Shown in pieces: positions 1-12,883 of a stretch of 64,000 nucleotides of DNA. Both the position numbers and the translations under genes were made by a program. Under the pieces are notes generated by a model that did not search any database, had not been told where the DNA came from, and saw nothing but the letters and a program-made list of their open reading frames with translations. The stretch's first letter is position 1, and the number at the start of each line of letters is the position of its first letter. The stretch is taken from NCBI GenBank assembly GCA_964016885.1, contig OZ024740.1, positions 400,086,001 to 400,150,000 of the forward strand, in the 5' to 3' direction. The stretch is from Eledone cirrhosa (lineage: Eukaryota).

Positions 1-149
1 CGCCGTGACATAATTTCTTCTGACCGTAATAATGACTTCTGCTAAAAATTGACCAAGAATGTTGTGTAGTCCAAGAGGAAAAGCAATGGATTTTGTGACA
101 AAACCGAACAAGCAAAAATCTATGTTTACAAAACTATCATCGCATCATG

Positions 150-640
150 AGAGTACCGTAGAAGCAGGTTTATTGTAGCATACAGTGTTGCAAAAAAAAA
201 AAAAAAAACATTCTCGGATGGAGAGTTTCTAAAACAATACATGATAGATTGTGCAAGCATTGTGTGCCCTGAAGTGAAAGGTATATTTGAAAGCATTTCA
301 TTATCAAGACGGACGATTGTACTACGCATTGATGTAATAAGTAACGAGTTCAATCAACAGTTGGGGACTGCTACCAAAGATTTTGCGTGGTACTCTGTAG
401 TCCTAGATGAGAGTACTGACATTCAAGACACTGCTCAGTTACTCATCTTCATTCGTGGAGGGAATGAGAATTTTCATATCACAGAAGTGTTCTTTTCACT
501 AGAGCCCTGGAAAAGCACAACAGGTCAGGATTTGTTTGAATGTGTGGTCAATTGTGTTGATAAACATGCTTTATCATGGGATAAGTTGGCAAGCGTGACA
601 ACAGACGGTGCCCGGGCATTAACAGAAAGGAGGCTTCTCA
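150..640 (+). mobile_element. hAT (Buster/Charlie/SPIN, GTF2IRD2-like) transposase fragment, truncated
   Basis: ORF 241-705 reads SISLSRRTIVLRI...YSVVLDESTDIQDTAQLLIFIRG...SVTTDGARAL, and upstream sequence reads KTFSDGEFLKQYM. These are characteristic Buster-group hAT motifs (DESTD, TTDGA). The catalytic C-terminus is absent. Confidence 0.88.
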
Positions 641-724
641 ACAAGGAGAATGAAAAAAAACTTGCCCCAACACTTAATTTTAACTCTTTAATTTTTAGTC
701 TTTAACTTTTAGTCTTTAATACTC

Positions 725-772
725 AACCTTTGATAAGATTAATTTTACTAATACATCGAAACCGGTTATACT
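725..772 (+). ncRNA. Hammerhead-like motif, U3-A8 core variant, in a Penelope pLTR remnant (~680-960)
   Basis: TTGATAA-gat...atc-GAAA-CCGG-TT with a weak stem I. Same family as 15522-15569. Confidence 0.5.
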
Positions 773-956
773 TTATATACATTATAAAACTCTTTTTAAA
801 AAGAATTGTTCCTCTCATTTTTACAATAATGTGACTTTGATGAATCAAAGAAAGGAATAAAAAGAAAAACAGACCCTTAAATATATTTTCCGTGCTATTT
901 CCAATTTCATCTTTTCCCTATAACCACTGTCTTATATAGAATCTTACTTCCCTTTT

Positions 957-1009
<53 letters not shown>

Positions 1010-1017
<8 letters not shown>

Positions 1018-1560
1018 GTGAGGTTTTTTTTACAAAATGAAAAATAACCGAGGTGTCCTACACGAGTGAAAGTATAAAGAAAAAGAGATGAAATCGAAAA
1101 TGCAACTGGAGTCTTATTTTTAAAAAAAATATATATATTTATTTGGTTCCTTTACCGGTTTCGCAGTTCTTCTGCTTTTCAAAAGGTGAGTTGAGATGGA
1201 GGGTTTGTGGTTTTTCTCACATCTGGTTGGTCTCTGAATGTTACTTGTTTTATATGGAAAAAGTGGCTCGAAATGCCAGGTTTTTCGAGAAGTAATTTGA
1301 TTGGTTTGTCAATAATTATAATAAATTTCGCGCCAGTTCGCGTTACAATAGTTCTTCAAATAAGAGGGGGGGGGGGTTGTCACAGGTTGTTTTTTCATAT
1401 ATGAGAGTTTGAATTTCAAAAGAAATTCAAACTTGAAAAAAGGAGGCTCACGAAGGTTTTTTTTTGGTTGGTTATAAATGAAATTATGGCTGTCACGTGA
1501 ACAAATTTTCATTAAATTTTTGTGCCCTTATTTGGAAATCCATTCTGTAGCCTTTTTAGA
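1010..1560 (-). mobile_element. Degenerate Penelope-like remnant
   Basis: It contains an intact-looking HHR (1149-1186), abuts a (TA)n tract and shows possible YIGQT-like traces. It is heavily mutated. Confidence 0.4.
1149..1186 (-). ncRNA. Minimal type I hammerhead ribozyme, U3-A8 variant
   Basis: Minus strand: cctt-TTGAAAA-gcag(aagaa)ctgc-GAAA-CCGG-TA-aagg. Stems I and II are perfect, stem III is palindromic, and the cleavage triplet is GUA. Confidence 0.75.
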
Positions 1561-1586
1561 GAATTTTTTGATAAGTAAAAGATAAT

Positions 1587-1771
1587 TGTTTCTACTTTAG
1601 GCACAAGGCCAGCAATTACCCAGTACATTACTGGTACTTTATTTTATCGACCCCGTAAGGATGAAAGGCAAAGTTAACCTCGACGGGATTTGAACTCAGA
1701 CCGTAAAGGGACGTAACTATGCTGGAAAGCATGGCGTCCGACTCTCTACCGATACTGCCAATCCACCGCCC
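1587..1771 (-). mobile_element. tRNA-derived SINE (family S1) with 21-bp target-site duplication
   Basis: A-box-like TGGCAGTATCGG, B-box GAGTTCAAATCC and core gcctttcatcc...ggtcgataaaataaagtaccag (Meta/MESC-like domain, by recollection). TTTTGATAAGTAAAAGATAAT occurs at 1566-1586 and 1772-1792. Confidence 0.9.
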
Positions 1772-1891
1772 TTTTGATAAGTAAAAGATAATGGTCAAGA
1801 GAAAGGGATGGGAGAATTGTTCTGGTTCAGTGAATATGGTTAGTTCGCTGGGGTGTCAGAATTCAGATTTTCTATTGAATAAAGAAAGTAA

Positions 1892-1924
<33 letters not shown>

Positions 1925-2134
1925 CCTTACCAATGTAAGCCTGAAATTTAAATTGAATTTAATTACTAATCCAGTAGCTGAAATTTCTTGATAGAAGATA
2001 TATATATATATATTTAAGTTTAAGGTCACGTTTAAGGTCACGTTCATTAACTTCTTGACTAAATATTAAAACATACTTTACTGTTCATTTCTGTGTAAAA
2101 TAATTTGTAATTTAAGTATATATATATATATATA

Positions 2135-2318
2135 ACAAAGGAATTGTGGAAAGGGACCAAATGGACCATAACGCACCAGAGTACTCAATACTTAGGGTAG
2201 TAGAGTGGGAAATAGGAAAAAGTATGACCCCGACGGCAGAGCTCAAGCCGTTTCGACGGCTATTTCCAGAAATAGCCGTCGAAACGGCTTGAGCTCTGCC
2301 GTCGGGGTCATACTTTTT

Positions 2319-2321
<3 letters not shown>
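2135..2321 (-). mobile_element. Fold-back Penelope pLTR mini-element in (TA)n
   Basis: An ~105-bp palindrome (2215-2321) carries the HHR 3' half GAAACGGC...GCCGTC on both arms, with a unique tail at 2135-2214. Related to 32052-32222. Confidence 0.7.
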
Positions 2322-2384
<63 letters not shown>

Positions 2385-2425
2385 CGAAACATAAGTCAAT
2401 TGCATGAACTCATAATCCTTAATTT

Positions 2426-2474
2426 ACTGCTATATATATTTCGATGATAGCCATTGAATGGCTCATCAGGCAGT
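2426..2474 (-). ncRNA. Type I hammerhead ribozyme
   Basis: Minus strand: actgc-CTGATGA-gccatt c aatggc tatcatc-GAAA-TATATA-TA-gcagt. Confidence 0.7.
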
Positions 2475-2801
2475 TAGTCAGTTCTTAGATATGCCAGCTT
2501 TGTGTTTATAGTGTTGATGGTATCAGAGCCTTGTTACATATGAGCTTGTTAGGAATAATTTAATGTTGTCAGCAGGAATAGTCTTAATTCTCATTGGTCA
2601 GTTTGTAGATGCTAGTAGGTATTTGACCTCAAAGAGGCAGGTGGTGTTGTAAAGTTCAAACCGTCAGGCAAGATGACAATAGTTCCATATGACTGATTTT
2701 CACAAAAAGCATTCCTGGTCAGATATATATTCAATTAAGTTTAATAGTATGAATAGATACTACAGGTCATTCTTAAATTGAGGAATTTATGTGGAGTGGT
2801 G

Positions 2802-2853
<52 letters not shown>

Positions 2854-2857
2854 ACTT

Positions 2858-2934
<77 letters not shown>

Positions 2935-3512
2935 AATTACAAATTATTTTACACAGAAATGAACAGTAAAGTATGTTTTAATATTTAGTCAAGAAGATAA
3001 TGAACGTGACCTTAAACTTTTTCAAGGCCTCTAAATCAAATAGGTGGGAGGAAAGGCGGAAGGTATTCTTAAACCAAGCCATATAAACTTTGTTTTGTCT
3101 GTCCTCGTAGTTCATCTCTTGCCTAGACCGATAAAATAAGGATCGGTTACTATGGTGTTTTCGTCGGCTCTGACGATAAACACTCAGTTGATCATCCACA
3201 AGAATTACCACTTGTGAAATTAACGCTTAACATCTTGTAATGATTTAACAGAAAATATTTAATAAATGCTTTGTTAATTGAAATGTTTATGGTGTCTTTA
3301 CTATGTTGACATATTAGGAAAATTTGTACTATTAGAGTAAACACTAGAATTTGTAATGTGATGCTGTTATAATGCTGTATGCTACTTTGAAGAATGGCTT
3401 GCTAATGTGGTTTCATATGGAAGAGGATATTAAAAATTAGTGAATGTAACTATTGGTTGAATCAAGGTGACACAGTGTGTCAAAGCTGGTCCTTTCAATT
3501 ACAGATTCAACG

Positions 3513-3578
<66 letters not shown>

Positions 3579-3753
3579 AATAATTTGTTCTTTAGCACAA
3601 ACAAATTTCTTCTAAAAACTTGAATTCAATCAAACATTAGTTATATGGTATATGAACACTTATTTACTGATAGAGTGGTATCTTTGGTCATAGGTACCAA
3701 TCTCGGTAATTGCTGATCTACGTTCTGATAATATAACATTATTTACCCAAATA

Positions 3754-4148
3754 GGGCGGTGAATTGGCAGTATCGGTAGAGGGTCGGACGCCATGCTTTC
3801 CAGCGTAGTTACGTCCCCTTACGATCTGAATTCAAATCCCGCCGAGGTTAACTTTGCCTTTCGTCCGTCCTTACGTGGTCGATAAAATAAAGTACCAGTA
3901 TTATACTGATTAATTGCTGGCCTTGTGCCAAAAAGTAGACACATTTATTTACCCCAATAGGGCGGTTGTATGGAAGTATCGGTAGAGGGTCGGACGCCAT
4001 GCTTTGCATCATAGAGTTACGGCCCATTATGATCTGAGTTCAAATCCCGCCGTGGTTAACTTTGCCTTTCATCCTTACGGGGTCGATAAAATAAAGTACC
4101 AGTAATACACTGGGATAATTGCAGGCCTTGTGCCAAAAGTAGAAACAA
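3754..4148 (+). mobile_element. Tandem dimer of SINE S1
   Basis: Two copies (3754-3944, 3960-4148), with TTATTTACCC(C/A)AATA before, between and after them. Confidence 0.9.
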
Positions 4149-4202
4149 TTATTTACCCCAATATAATAGGTGGCAATTTTCTTAAAAAGAAACCTCTCTC
4201 TC

Positions 4203-4249
<47 letters not shown>

Positions 4250-4250
<1 letters not shown>

Positions 4251-4457
4251 TATAAATAATTACAACAGTGACACAAACAGACACTCAAGTTTCGTTGGGT
4301 TCTGGTCCCCAACTCATTCAGCCTGTCATGAGAATAATGAACACAAATATGACAGGCCGAATGTATTGAGGCCCAGAACCCAACGAATCTTGAGTTCCTG
4401 CTTCTGTCACTGTTGTAATTATTTATACTAAACTCTTCCTATGGACCGAGTGCTCTT
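4250..4457 (+). mobile_element. Fold-back pLTR mini-element with CTGAATGA-core hammerhead-like motif
   Basis: Inverted arms ~4251-4330 and ~4349-4428 followed by tail aactc...gagtgctc. Minus arm: cagg-CTGAATGA-gttggg...cccaac-GAAA-cttgag. Same family as 31775-31998 and the tail stub at 9113-9182. Confidence 0.65.
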
Positions 4458-4522
4458 GTGTGGTGACAGTCAAGTTTGCAATTTCAACAGTTGAAAATTG
4501 CAAACTTGACTGTCACCACACA
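4458..4522. repeat. Near-perfect 65-bp palindrome
   Basis: tgtgtggtgacagtcaagtttgcaattt(caacagttga)aaattgcaaacttgactgtcaccacaca. Confidence 0.9.
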
Positions 4523-4525
4523 TTA

Positions 4526-4564
4526 TGAACCTGAAGATTGCGAAAGCATGAAAGAACTTGTTCA
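4526..4564 (+). ncRNA. Minimal type I hammerhead ribozyme
   Basis: tgaac-CTGAAGA-T-tgc(GAAA)gca-T-GAAA-gaac-TT-gttca; stem II is capped by a GNRA loop. Confidence 0.65.
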
Positions 4565-4709
4565 ATTAACACTTAACATTTAATATTCTATCATACTATT
4601 TCATTATAATACCATTATAAATTTTAAAGGATTGTAAATAAAACGAGTAAATCAGACAAAGTTGGAATTCCTCTTATTAATATATATATATATATACATA
4701 GATATATAC

Positions 4710-4745
<36 letters not shown>

Positions 4746-4747
<2 letters not shown>

Positions 4748-4982
4748 GATATTAAACAAATGGAAACTATATTTATAAAACCATATTTATTTCATTATAC
4801 ATATTTCAGGGAAACCATATTAAAAATATGGCATGCCTTCGTCAGATAAAATACAATAAATAAACAGTTTTATAAATAATTTTGACGTGCCATATTATAA
4901 GCGACCAATATATTAGGAAGCTTTACATCAGTTATAAAATATTTACTTGTTGTAACCCAACAATTTTAAATAAAACCTTTGC
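4746..4982. mobile_element. Penelope pLTR mini-element (relative of the 27958-30921 pLTR) with HHR at 4790-4851 (-)
   Basis: Minus strand: ttttat-CTGACGA-aggcatgccatat...atatggtttccct-GAAA-tatgtata-atgaaa. The tail ttgtaacccaacaattttaaat is shared with 27958-28010. Both ends lie in (TA)n. Confidence 0.75.
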
Positions 4983-4985
4983 ATA

Positions 4986-5101
<116 letters not shown>

Positions 5102-5221
5102 ATATGTATGTGTATATATATATATGTATATGTGTATATATATATATGTATATATATTTATATATATACATATATATGTATATTTATATATATACATATA
5201 TATATACATATATACACATAT

Positions 5222-5340
<119 letters not shown>

Positions 5341-5598
5341 TAGACATCTTATAGACACCTGAAATATAGGCATTGTTAGCCTAAGAGAAACTTAAAAATA
5401 AGGAGTGGCTCCCCAATCTGAACTTGTTTATAGAATTCCTTCTGCCTTTGTCACTCTAAATATAAATTATAGCCTTAAAGAATTAGCTTTTAATGAATTC
5501 CCTTTTGTTTCAACCAATGACCTCCACCCTTCCCACTCCCCACCCTCTCCTACCACCTGAAAAGATATAAATACCACAACATTTATTTTGGAAAGCTA

Positions 5599-5665
5599 GA
5601 TTCCTGATGATTTCTAAAGAATGAAACAGTTCTAGTCCTGTGCAATCTCATCTATATTAAAACTT
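5599..5665 (+). ncRNA. Family-A hammerhead stub, probably inactive (GUG at cleavage triplet)
   Basis: gattc-CTGATGA-tttctaaagaat-GAAA-cag...ctg-TG-caatc. Same family as the copies at 8845, 27527, 40322 and 41293. Confidence 0.6.
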
Positions 5666-5676
5666 ATATATATATA

Positions 5677-6948
5677 TACACCCAAAATGAGGGAGCAGCC
5701 ATCGGCGTCAGCATAGCTGGTGATGTTGCCAACCTTTTCATGGTATGGTGGGAAAGGAGACTTAAAGATCTCCTTAATGAAAGCTCCATAGACCTCATCA
5801 TGTACTCTCGTTATGTAGACGATATCAATATAGTTATAAGAACACCCCCACTAGAGAGCACTAACAAGTTTGAATTAGAACGTAGCACGATGGAAAGCAT
5901 CCAGCAGATAGCTAATTCCATACACCAGAGTATAACTGTAACTATCGACTTCCCTTCCAAACACCCTAACGATAGACTACCTGTATTAGACACAGAACTC
6001 TGGATTAACACTATAGACGAGAGAGCCCAAATTCTCCACTCACACTATGCTAAACCCATGGCCTCTAAATACCTGATACTCAAAAACTCAGCAATGTCCA
6101 GTAGTGCTAAGTTTAATATTCTGATCGCAGATTTGGTACGAGTGATGAAGAATGTGTCCAGCATGTGCGACCCAACAGAAATAGAAAGACACATCCAACA
6201 CTTCATCAACCGCATGCAGTTCTCTGGCTACAACCAAAGAGACAGAGTCAGAGTATACGAAGGAGCCATGGAAAAGTATAAGACCCTCATAGAACTGGAC
6301 ATGAAAGGAATTTGCCCATTATACAGGAGCAAATCATGGAATAGCTTAGATAGGGCTAGACATAAGATAGGGAAGGCCACATCATGGTACGACAACCAGA
6401 GATATCAGAGTGTCATGTTTGTGGACGCCACCCCTGGAGGGAAATTAGCTAACCAGTGTAGAAAGGCCCTGAGAAAGACCCACTTAAAAATAAAGGTGGT
6501 AGAAAAGCCAGGAACCACCATAAAATCCCTGATCAGCAAAACCTACCCCTTTAAGAAAACCCACTGTACCAATAGGAAATGTATCATATGTAAGGTGAAC
6601 CCCCGGATAAACTGTAAAACTAGAAACGTAGTCTATAGCATAAGATGTACAGAGAGTACTTGCAGAAACATGACAACAACATACATAGGCGAAACAGCTC
6701 GTAGCATAGGTGAAAGGATAGACCAACACTGGGGGGAACTAAAAGGACGAAAAAACGGTTCAGTACTATACGAACATGCTAGACAACAACATGACGGTAA
6801 CATAGACAACATAGAAATTAGAATAATATCTAAACATAGGAATGACCCAGCAGATAGGCAAATTAGAGAGGCCAGTGATATAGAAATTAGAAGACCAAAG
6901 CTAAACAGAATGAATGAGTGGAACAACAACAACACCCAAACAAACAAC
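5677..6948 (+). mobile_element. 5'-truncated Penelope-like retroelement, Naiad-type: RT C-terminal half, Zn-finger linker and GIY-YIG endonuclease (open frame to 7002)
   Basis: GAAIGVSIAGDVANLFM..W, YSRYVDD, HYAKPMAS, MQFSGY, MFVDATPGGKL, CxxxxCxxC, NVVYSIRC...YIGETARSIGERIDQH, RQIREA, LNRMNEW. The clade is assigned from these motifs by recollection. Confidence 0.92.
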
Positions 6949-7745
6949 ACTCATCCCAGGTCTTCTTGGGTCTCCCCACTCCGCGGTTTCCTTGACTTCT
7001 AGTGCTCTGCACCTTTTTATACAGCTGTCATCTTTCATACGCATCACATGTCCATACTAACGCAACCGCCTCTCCTGCACACAGCATTAGATTCCTCGTA
7101 TGCTCAGTCTCTTTCTCAATTCATTTATGCTTTGCCGTTCGCGTATATTACTATTACACATCCCTCGGAGCATGCAGGCTTTGTTTCTCTCTAATCTACG
7201 TAAGTCTTCCACCTTCAGCGTCTAAGTCTCACTACCATGCAACATTGCTGTTCGGATACACGCATCATACAGTCTGCCTTTCATTTTGAGGGAGAAGCCT
7301 TTTGCAGCTAGCAGTGGTAGTAGTTCCCTGAACTTATTCCATCCCGTTATTTCCCTAGTTATTGTACTTACTGAACACCCACCCCCGCTGCTAATTCGGT
7401 CACCTAGGTATCAGAAACTGTCTACTGTTTCTACAGAGCCCTCCCAGAGATTGGTGGTACTTGTTTCCTGTGGCTGTTTGCTGCTTGCTGTCCCAGCACA
7501 CTGCTACATGTGAAGCATACATTCTTAATTAAGCTTCCTGAGATCCCGCTACATCTCTTGTGTACCCATTGTTTGCATTTGGGGCAAAGAATGGAGTTCC
7601 TACCTACACCTTTCCTACATACTGAGCAAGGCCATTTCCCTGAGGGGATCTGGGTTCTGTTTTCTCGTCTACCTACAAGGAACTTAGTCTTTGTCAGGTT
7701 GGTTGACTTTGAGACCCTTTCTTCTTTCTAGTCCCTGCTTCCAAG
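6949..7745 (-). mobile_element. RTE-clade LINE fragment (post-RT region with PHD-like finger), frameshifted
   Basis: Minus strand reads WKQGL...GKWPCSVCRKGVGRNSILCPKCKQWVHKRCSGI...WNKFRELLPLL...KGRLYDACIRTAMLHGSE...GRPKKTWDE. Confidence 0.85.
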
Positions 7746-7876
<131 letters not shown>

Positions 7877-7907
7877 TATGTATATATATATATGTATATA
7901 TATATAT

Positions 7908-8723
7908 TTAATGGTTAAACAAGGTTCAATGAATAAATCAAAGAATGAGTTTTACAATAGATTGGAAGCACTCAATATATTTGGTTTTCCGGAGTTATTA
8001 ATATTAATTCAAAATATTAACAAAATAGATATTCTTGCCATCAAGTATATTTTATTATACATATTTCAGAGGTACTGAGTTAACTTCAACAGTACGTCCT
8101 CATCAGATAAAATAAGATGATGCATGACATACCTTGACATAGTAGATGGTTAAGATTCAGTCATGGTAGTGAGTAATATATGACAAACTCAATATTTATA
8201 TAGCTTAATATTGAAACAAGCTAAGCCCAAACGTTGTTCTATATAGAAATATACAATTAATATCTCCCTATATATTACACTATAAAAATTATTCCTCTTT
8301 ATCTCTCTCTCTGTAATCAACTCTCTTTTGCTTTCTATGCTCTTACTAACTATATTATCCCCTCATCTGTTTTTTCTCTATGCATTTCTTTTCTTTCCTC
8401 TTTCTTCAGTAATTTAAATCTCTAACAATTATATTGCTGCCAAGTATTTTTTAAGCTTTCTCACACGCACCCTCTCTATTGTATGTATTATATGTAGTTT
8501 TTTTTCATGTTTCAATATTAAGGTATATAAATATTGAGTTTGTCATATATTACTCACTACCATGACTGAATCTTAACCATCTACTATGTCAGGGTATGTC
8601 ATGCATCATCTTATTTTATCTGAAGAGGACGTACTGTTGAAGTTAACTCTGTACCTCTGAAATATGTATAATAAAATATACTTGATCACAAGAATATCTA
8701 TTTTGTTAATATTTTGAATTAAT
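7908..8723 (-). mobile_element. Penelope pLTR element with ~215-bp inverted arms (8003-8218 / 8508-8723), each with an HHR
   Basis: HHRs at 8050-8112 (-, CTGATGA) and 8614-8676 (+, CTGAAGA), with stem I ttttat/ataaaa. Tail 7908-8002 is on one arm only. Flanked by (TA)n. Confidence 0.8.
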
Positions 8724-8732
8724 GTATGTATG

Positions 8733-9112
<380 letters not shown>

Positions 9113-9115
<3 letters not shown>

Positions 9116-9405
9116 AAGTAAAAGTTAAGTGGAAATATCCAAGAGTAAGAGCATTCAGTTCATAGGACGAGTTTGGTGTGTGTGTGTCTGCTGGTAGCTA
9201 AGATACTTCCATAGGCGGTATGCCGGTTGAGCACTCTATGCTCTTACAGAGCAGAGTATGATAGAATAGAAAACGAAATATCAGTGATGCATCTGAACTC
9301 AATTTATTGTGTGTTACAATTGTTTCCCCGGCGGACAGCTTGAGACGCGATCATTGTGTGGATCTGTCTGATTCTGGACCCGCAGTTTCGACGGACACGT
9401 CTCTG
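9113..9405 (-). mobile_element. Composite of two pLTR/tail remnants
   Basis: 9113-9182 matches the tail at 31950-31998. 9200-9405 resembles 40033-40290 and has GAAACAATTGTA on the minus strand. Confidence 0.5.
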
Positions 9406-9491
<86 letters not shown>

Positions 9492-10500
9492 CACCCTCTC
9501 ATTCTCAATCATTTAATGATTCAGAGATTTGGTGTAAAGGCAATATGGCCCGTGTGATGTTAGGCTTCAACATCTGTTGAACTAACATTATTAGCGATCC
9601 GGTTTTGTATTAATCAATGATGAATAGATGAGGAAAAGAACAGATATGACATTTAAGCTGTTATTTTGTATTACAGCATAGAAATTTTGTCAAGAATCAA
9701 TACAGAGATAGAAAGATATTTCTTTTACCATCTGTTACCATCGATTATCAATGATTATTATCAATTGTCATCTAAAACTTGTTATATTCAATCAATATAG
9801 TCCACTATTCAATTAATTTATTGTCTTCAATTCTAACAGATTTATTGAATCAGTGAGTGAGTGAATAAAACGGAGCGCGTGTGAGCAAAGGAATGTGTGA
9901 TTGAATGAGTAAAAGAATAAGTGGATGAAATAGCAAGTAACACAGCGAGTGAAAAAGAGAAACAGAGAATCAGTAATTGAATGAATGAGAGTGGAAGACT
10001 GACTGAATGATTGATTAAGTGAGTACTAAAACTATAGTATTGTAAGAGTAGGAGAAAAGAATCTGTTAGAAAATACGATAATATTTATTTTACTTATTAC
10101 GTTTGGAGAGAAGATGAGCATCGCTAAGTATTTCTAAGGACCACTGAAATGTGATCATGTATATATACACAGTCAAACGTCTAGAGTGGCGCCTCAACAA
10201 CTGAATGCACTAGTTATAGGAACCTGATTGATTGGTTCACTAAAACGTTCCACCCACTAAATTGTGTGGTAAAGGTAAAGGGCTCTTAGCTCCTGATGGA
10301 ATTGTAGGGGGACCGTCATTACACACAGCGTGTTTTGCGCGTTTTAAGGACGAAAGGTTTGATCAAATTTTAAAGTCGGATTTTGTAACGTTTATGTTTT
10401 CAGAAAGCGCACGATTTGGGGTATCATAGACCATCTTTTTGCTCAATGGCACATGCTTTACTCTCTGTTGCACCGGCAGTTATTGCGTGTGTCCATGAGA

Positions 10501-10537
<37 letters not shown>

Positions 10538-11395
10538 AGAGAGAGAGAGAGAAAGAGAAGGAAAGAGAGGTAGAGAGAAAGAGAGAGTGGATGTAAGTCT
10601 ACATAGTATTCCTAGCTTCAATAGTGGTTTGTCATTCAACATTTTCTAAACTCCAAGGCTATCAACGGCATGAAAGGAGACGCTTCATGATCAATGGATG
10701 TGTTAGAAATAATTGCCAAATCTTCAAATCACACTATAACTGCTTTTCATTGTATATCTTTGTCACCGAGGTACACTATATGTCCAGAAGCAAATGACTG
10801 GATGCTCACGGCTGGAATAACTTTGGTTGATACTAGGTCAGCTTAATAAAGAACGAATTGGGGCCAAACAACAGCAACATCAAAAACATAAGAAAATATA
10901 AACAACAAAAATATGAGACAAGAAGTGAAAATGTTCAGTTGAACCGGATCGTACGTATCACGCTGTTAGATATGTGATATTTCAGAATATTGTTTATTAG
11001 AAGTCATGATAGTGTCTTTTATTTGTAAGATTGTCTGGACTACCATACAACCATATCGGTTTCTTTAATTAAAACGGAGGTATCTGTCTCATAACAAAAT
11101 CCGGATATTGTCTTTGTTCCTTACTTTAAAAGTTTATCTGTTTATTTCCAACCGTCTACTGGAAAAAATAGTGAATAGAATTCATCGCAACCACCATCTT
11201 GTGATCACTCTCCTCTGTGGTTGTACACACACACACACACAGACACTCACACCCCACACATATATATATGTGTGTCTGTGTGTGTGTGTGTGTATAAATA
11301 TATATATATATATATATGTAGACATATATGTGTGCATGCTTTTGTATGTGTATATATACATATGTATGTACACACTCACATACATATATAAATAC

Positions 11396-11451
<56 letters not shown>

Positions 11452-11595
11452 TGTATGTATAGTATATTTGGCGATATATGTTTAATTTAAAACATTTTGA
11501 AGACCTTGCGCTATCATTTTAAAGTAGTGACTATGTCACTTCTTTTTTTTTCAGCAAAGGAAGGGAGAGAAGCTGACAGATCTGTTTCACACTGC

Positions 11596-11624
11596 TGGTG
11601 TTCCCCAGAGCAACGTACTCCCCG

Positions 11625-11660
<36 letters not shown>

Positions 11661-11689
11661 CGGGGAGTACGTTGCTCTGAGGAACACCA
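11596..11689. repeat. 29-bp inverted repeat enclosing a (TA)n tract
   Basis: tggtgttccccagagcaacgtactccccg-(TA)n-cggggagtacgttgctctgaggaacacca, one mismatch. Confidence 0.9.
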
Positions 11690-11914
11690 ATATTGGTATA
11701 TATATATATGTATATAACTATTCTTAACTAACCCTTATTCCCAGCCCAAGGAAATTTAGCTAATTGTCTGGACACATCTACAGGAGTACGACACAGACAT
11801 ACAGACATACACACACATAACTGCGTTAAGAAATGTGAGCGCATAAACTCACATACGTATTTTTATAAGTACATACATACAATCATACATACATACATAC
11901 ATACATACATACAT

Positions 11915-12412
11915 GATGGCTGCAAACTCTGCTAAAATTATTGCAATCGCTTTTCAGATTACAGAAAATAGTGCACATTTAAGCTACGGTCAGCCACACG
12001 AACCTGTAACAGATTTTGAACAAGCAATGCCTGCGTTTTGAAGGTGTTTAAAGTGGGGAAAAGCTTTTCACTCGACCAATCCCTCTCCCTGAGAAAACAC
12101 TATCCCTCTCTCTCTCGAAAACACTAACCGAAAAGGAGATCTGGTCAACATGATCAGATGCTTCCGAAGCTGCAGGTTTTTTTCCAGAGTTTCTCTCTCT
12201 TAGATCATCCCAGGTGAAAAAAAAAAGTACTATTTGGATGGCCGTTGACTCTGCTGAGTTCCTCCGGGTCTTGTATTTCATCCGACAGGGTGTCCAAATA
12301 TCACCCTCCTCACCAAGCAAGCTTGGTGGGGTTGCCTGTTTAGTTGCCGACCAGACCATGAGACAGGTTGTACTGGGTTACATGTTACCAGTAGCATTCA
12401 AGAGCAACCTGA
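11915..12412 (-). mobile_element. Non-coding dispersed repeat R2 (RTE-UTR-like), copy A, flanked by (CATA)n
   Basis: Shares cctcaccaagcaagcttggtggggttgcc...gacaggttgtactggg with 13670-13855 and 39420-39553. Orientation is inferred. Confidence 0.7.
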
Positions 12413-12582
12413 CATACATACATATATACATATATACATGCATACATACATACACGGCTTTTTAGGAAGTTGTACGTACTGTCCAAATGTAAAACATTTC
12501 AGAAATTAAGCATGTAATAACTGAATATACACATACATAGATATAGAAACTTATACTTATGTATACATATGACTCAAAACAT

Positions 12583-12671
<89 letters not shown>

Positions 12672-12691
12672 TGCACGCACGCACGCATGCA

Positions 12692-12758
<67 letters not shown>

Positions 12759-12883
12759 CTGTATTTATGTAGTTGATGTATTCTAAGTTCCAATGTATCT
12801 TGTTTCTGTGTTAGAAACCGGCTCTCTCTGTACAGGAGAACATTTATAAAATACTAAAATAAGAAGAACATGCAAACATTATG

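Noticed and set aside
2978-3211. Possible Harbinger transposase N-terminal trace (WFKNTFRLSSHLFD)
   Set aside because: Only one short motif, with no downstream DDE region visible.
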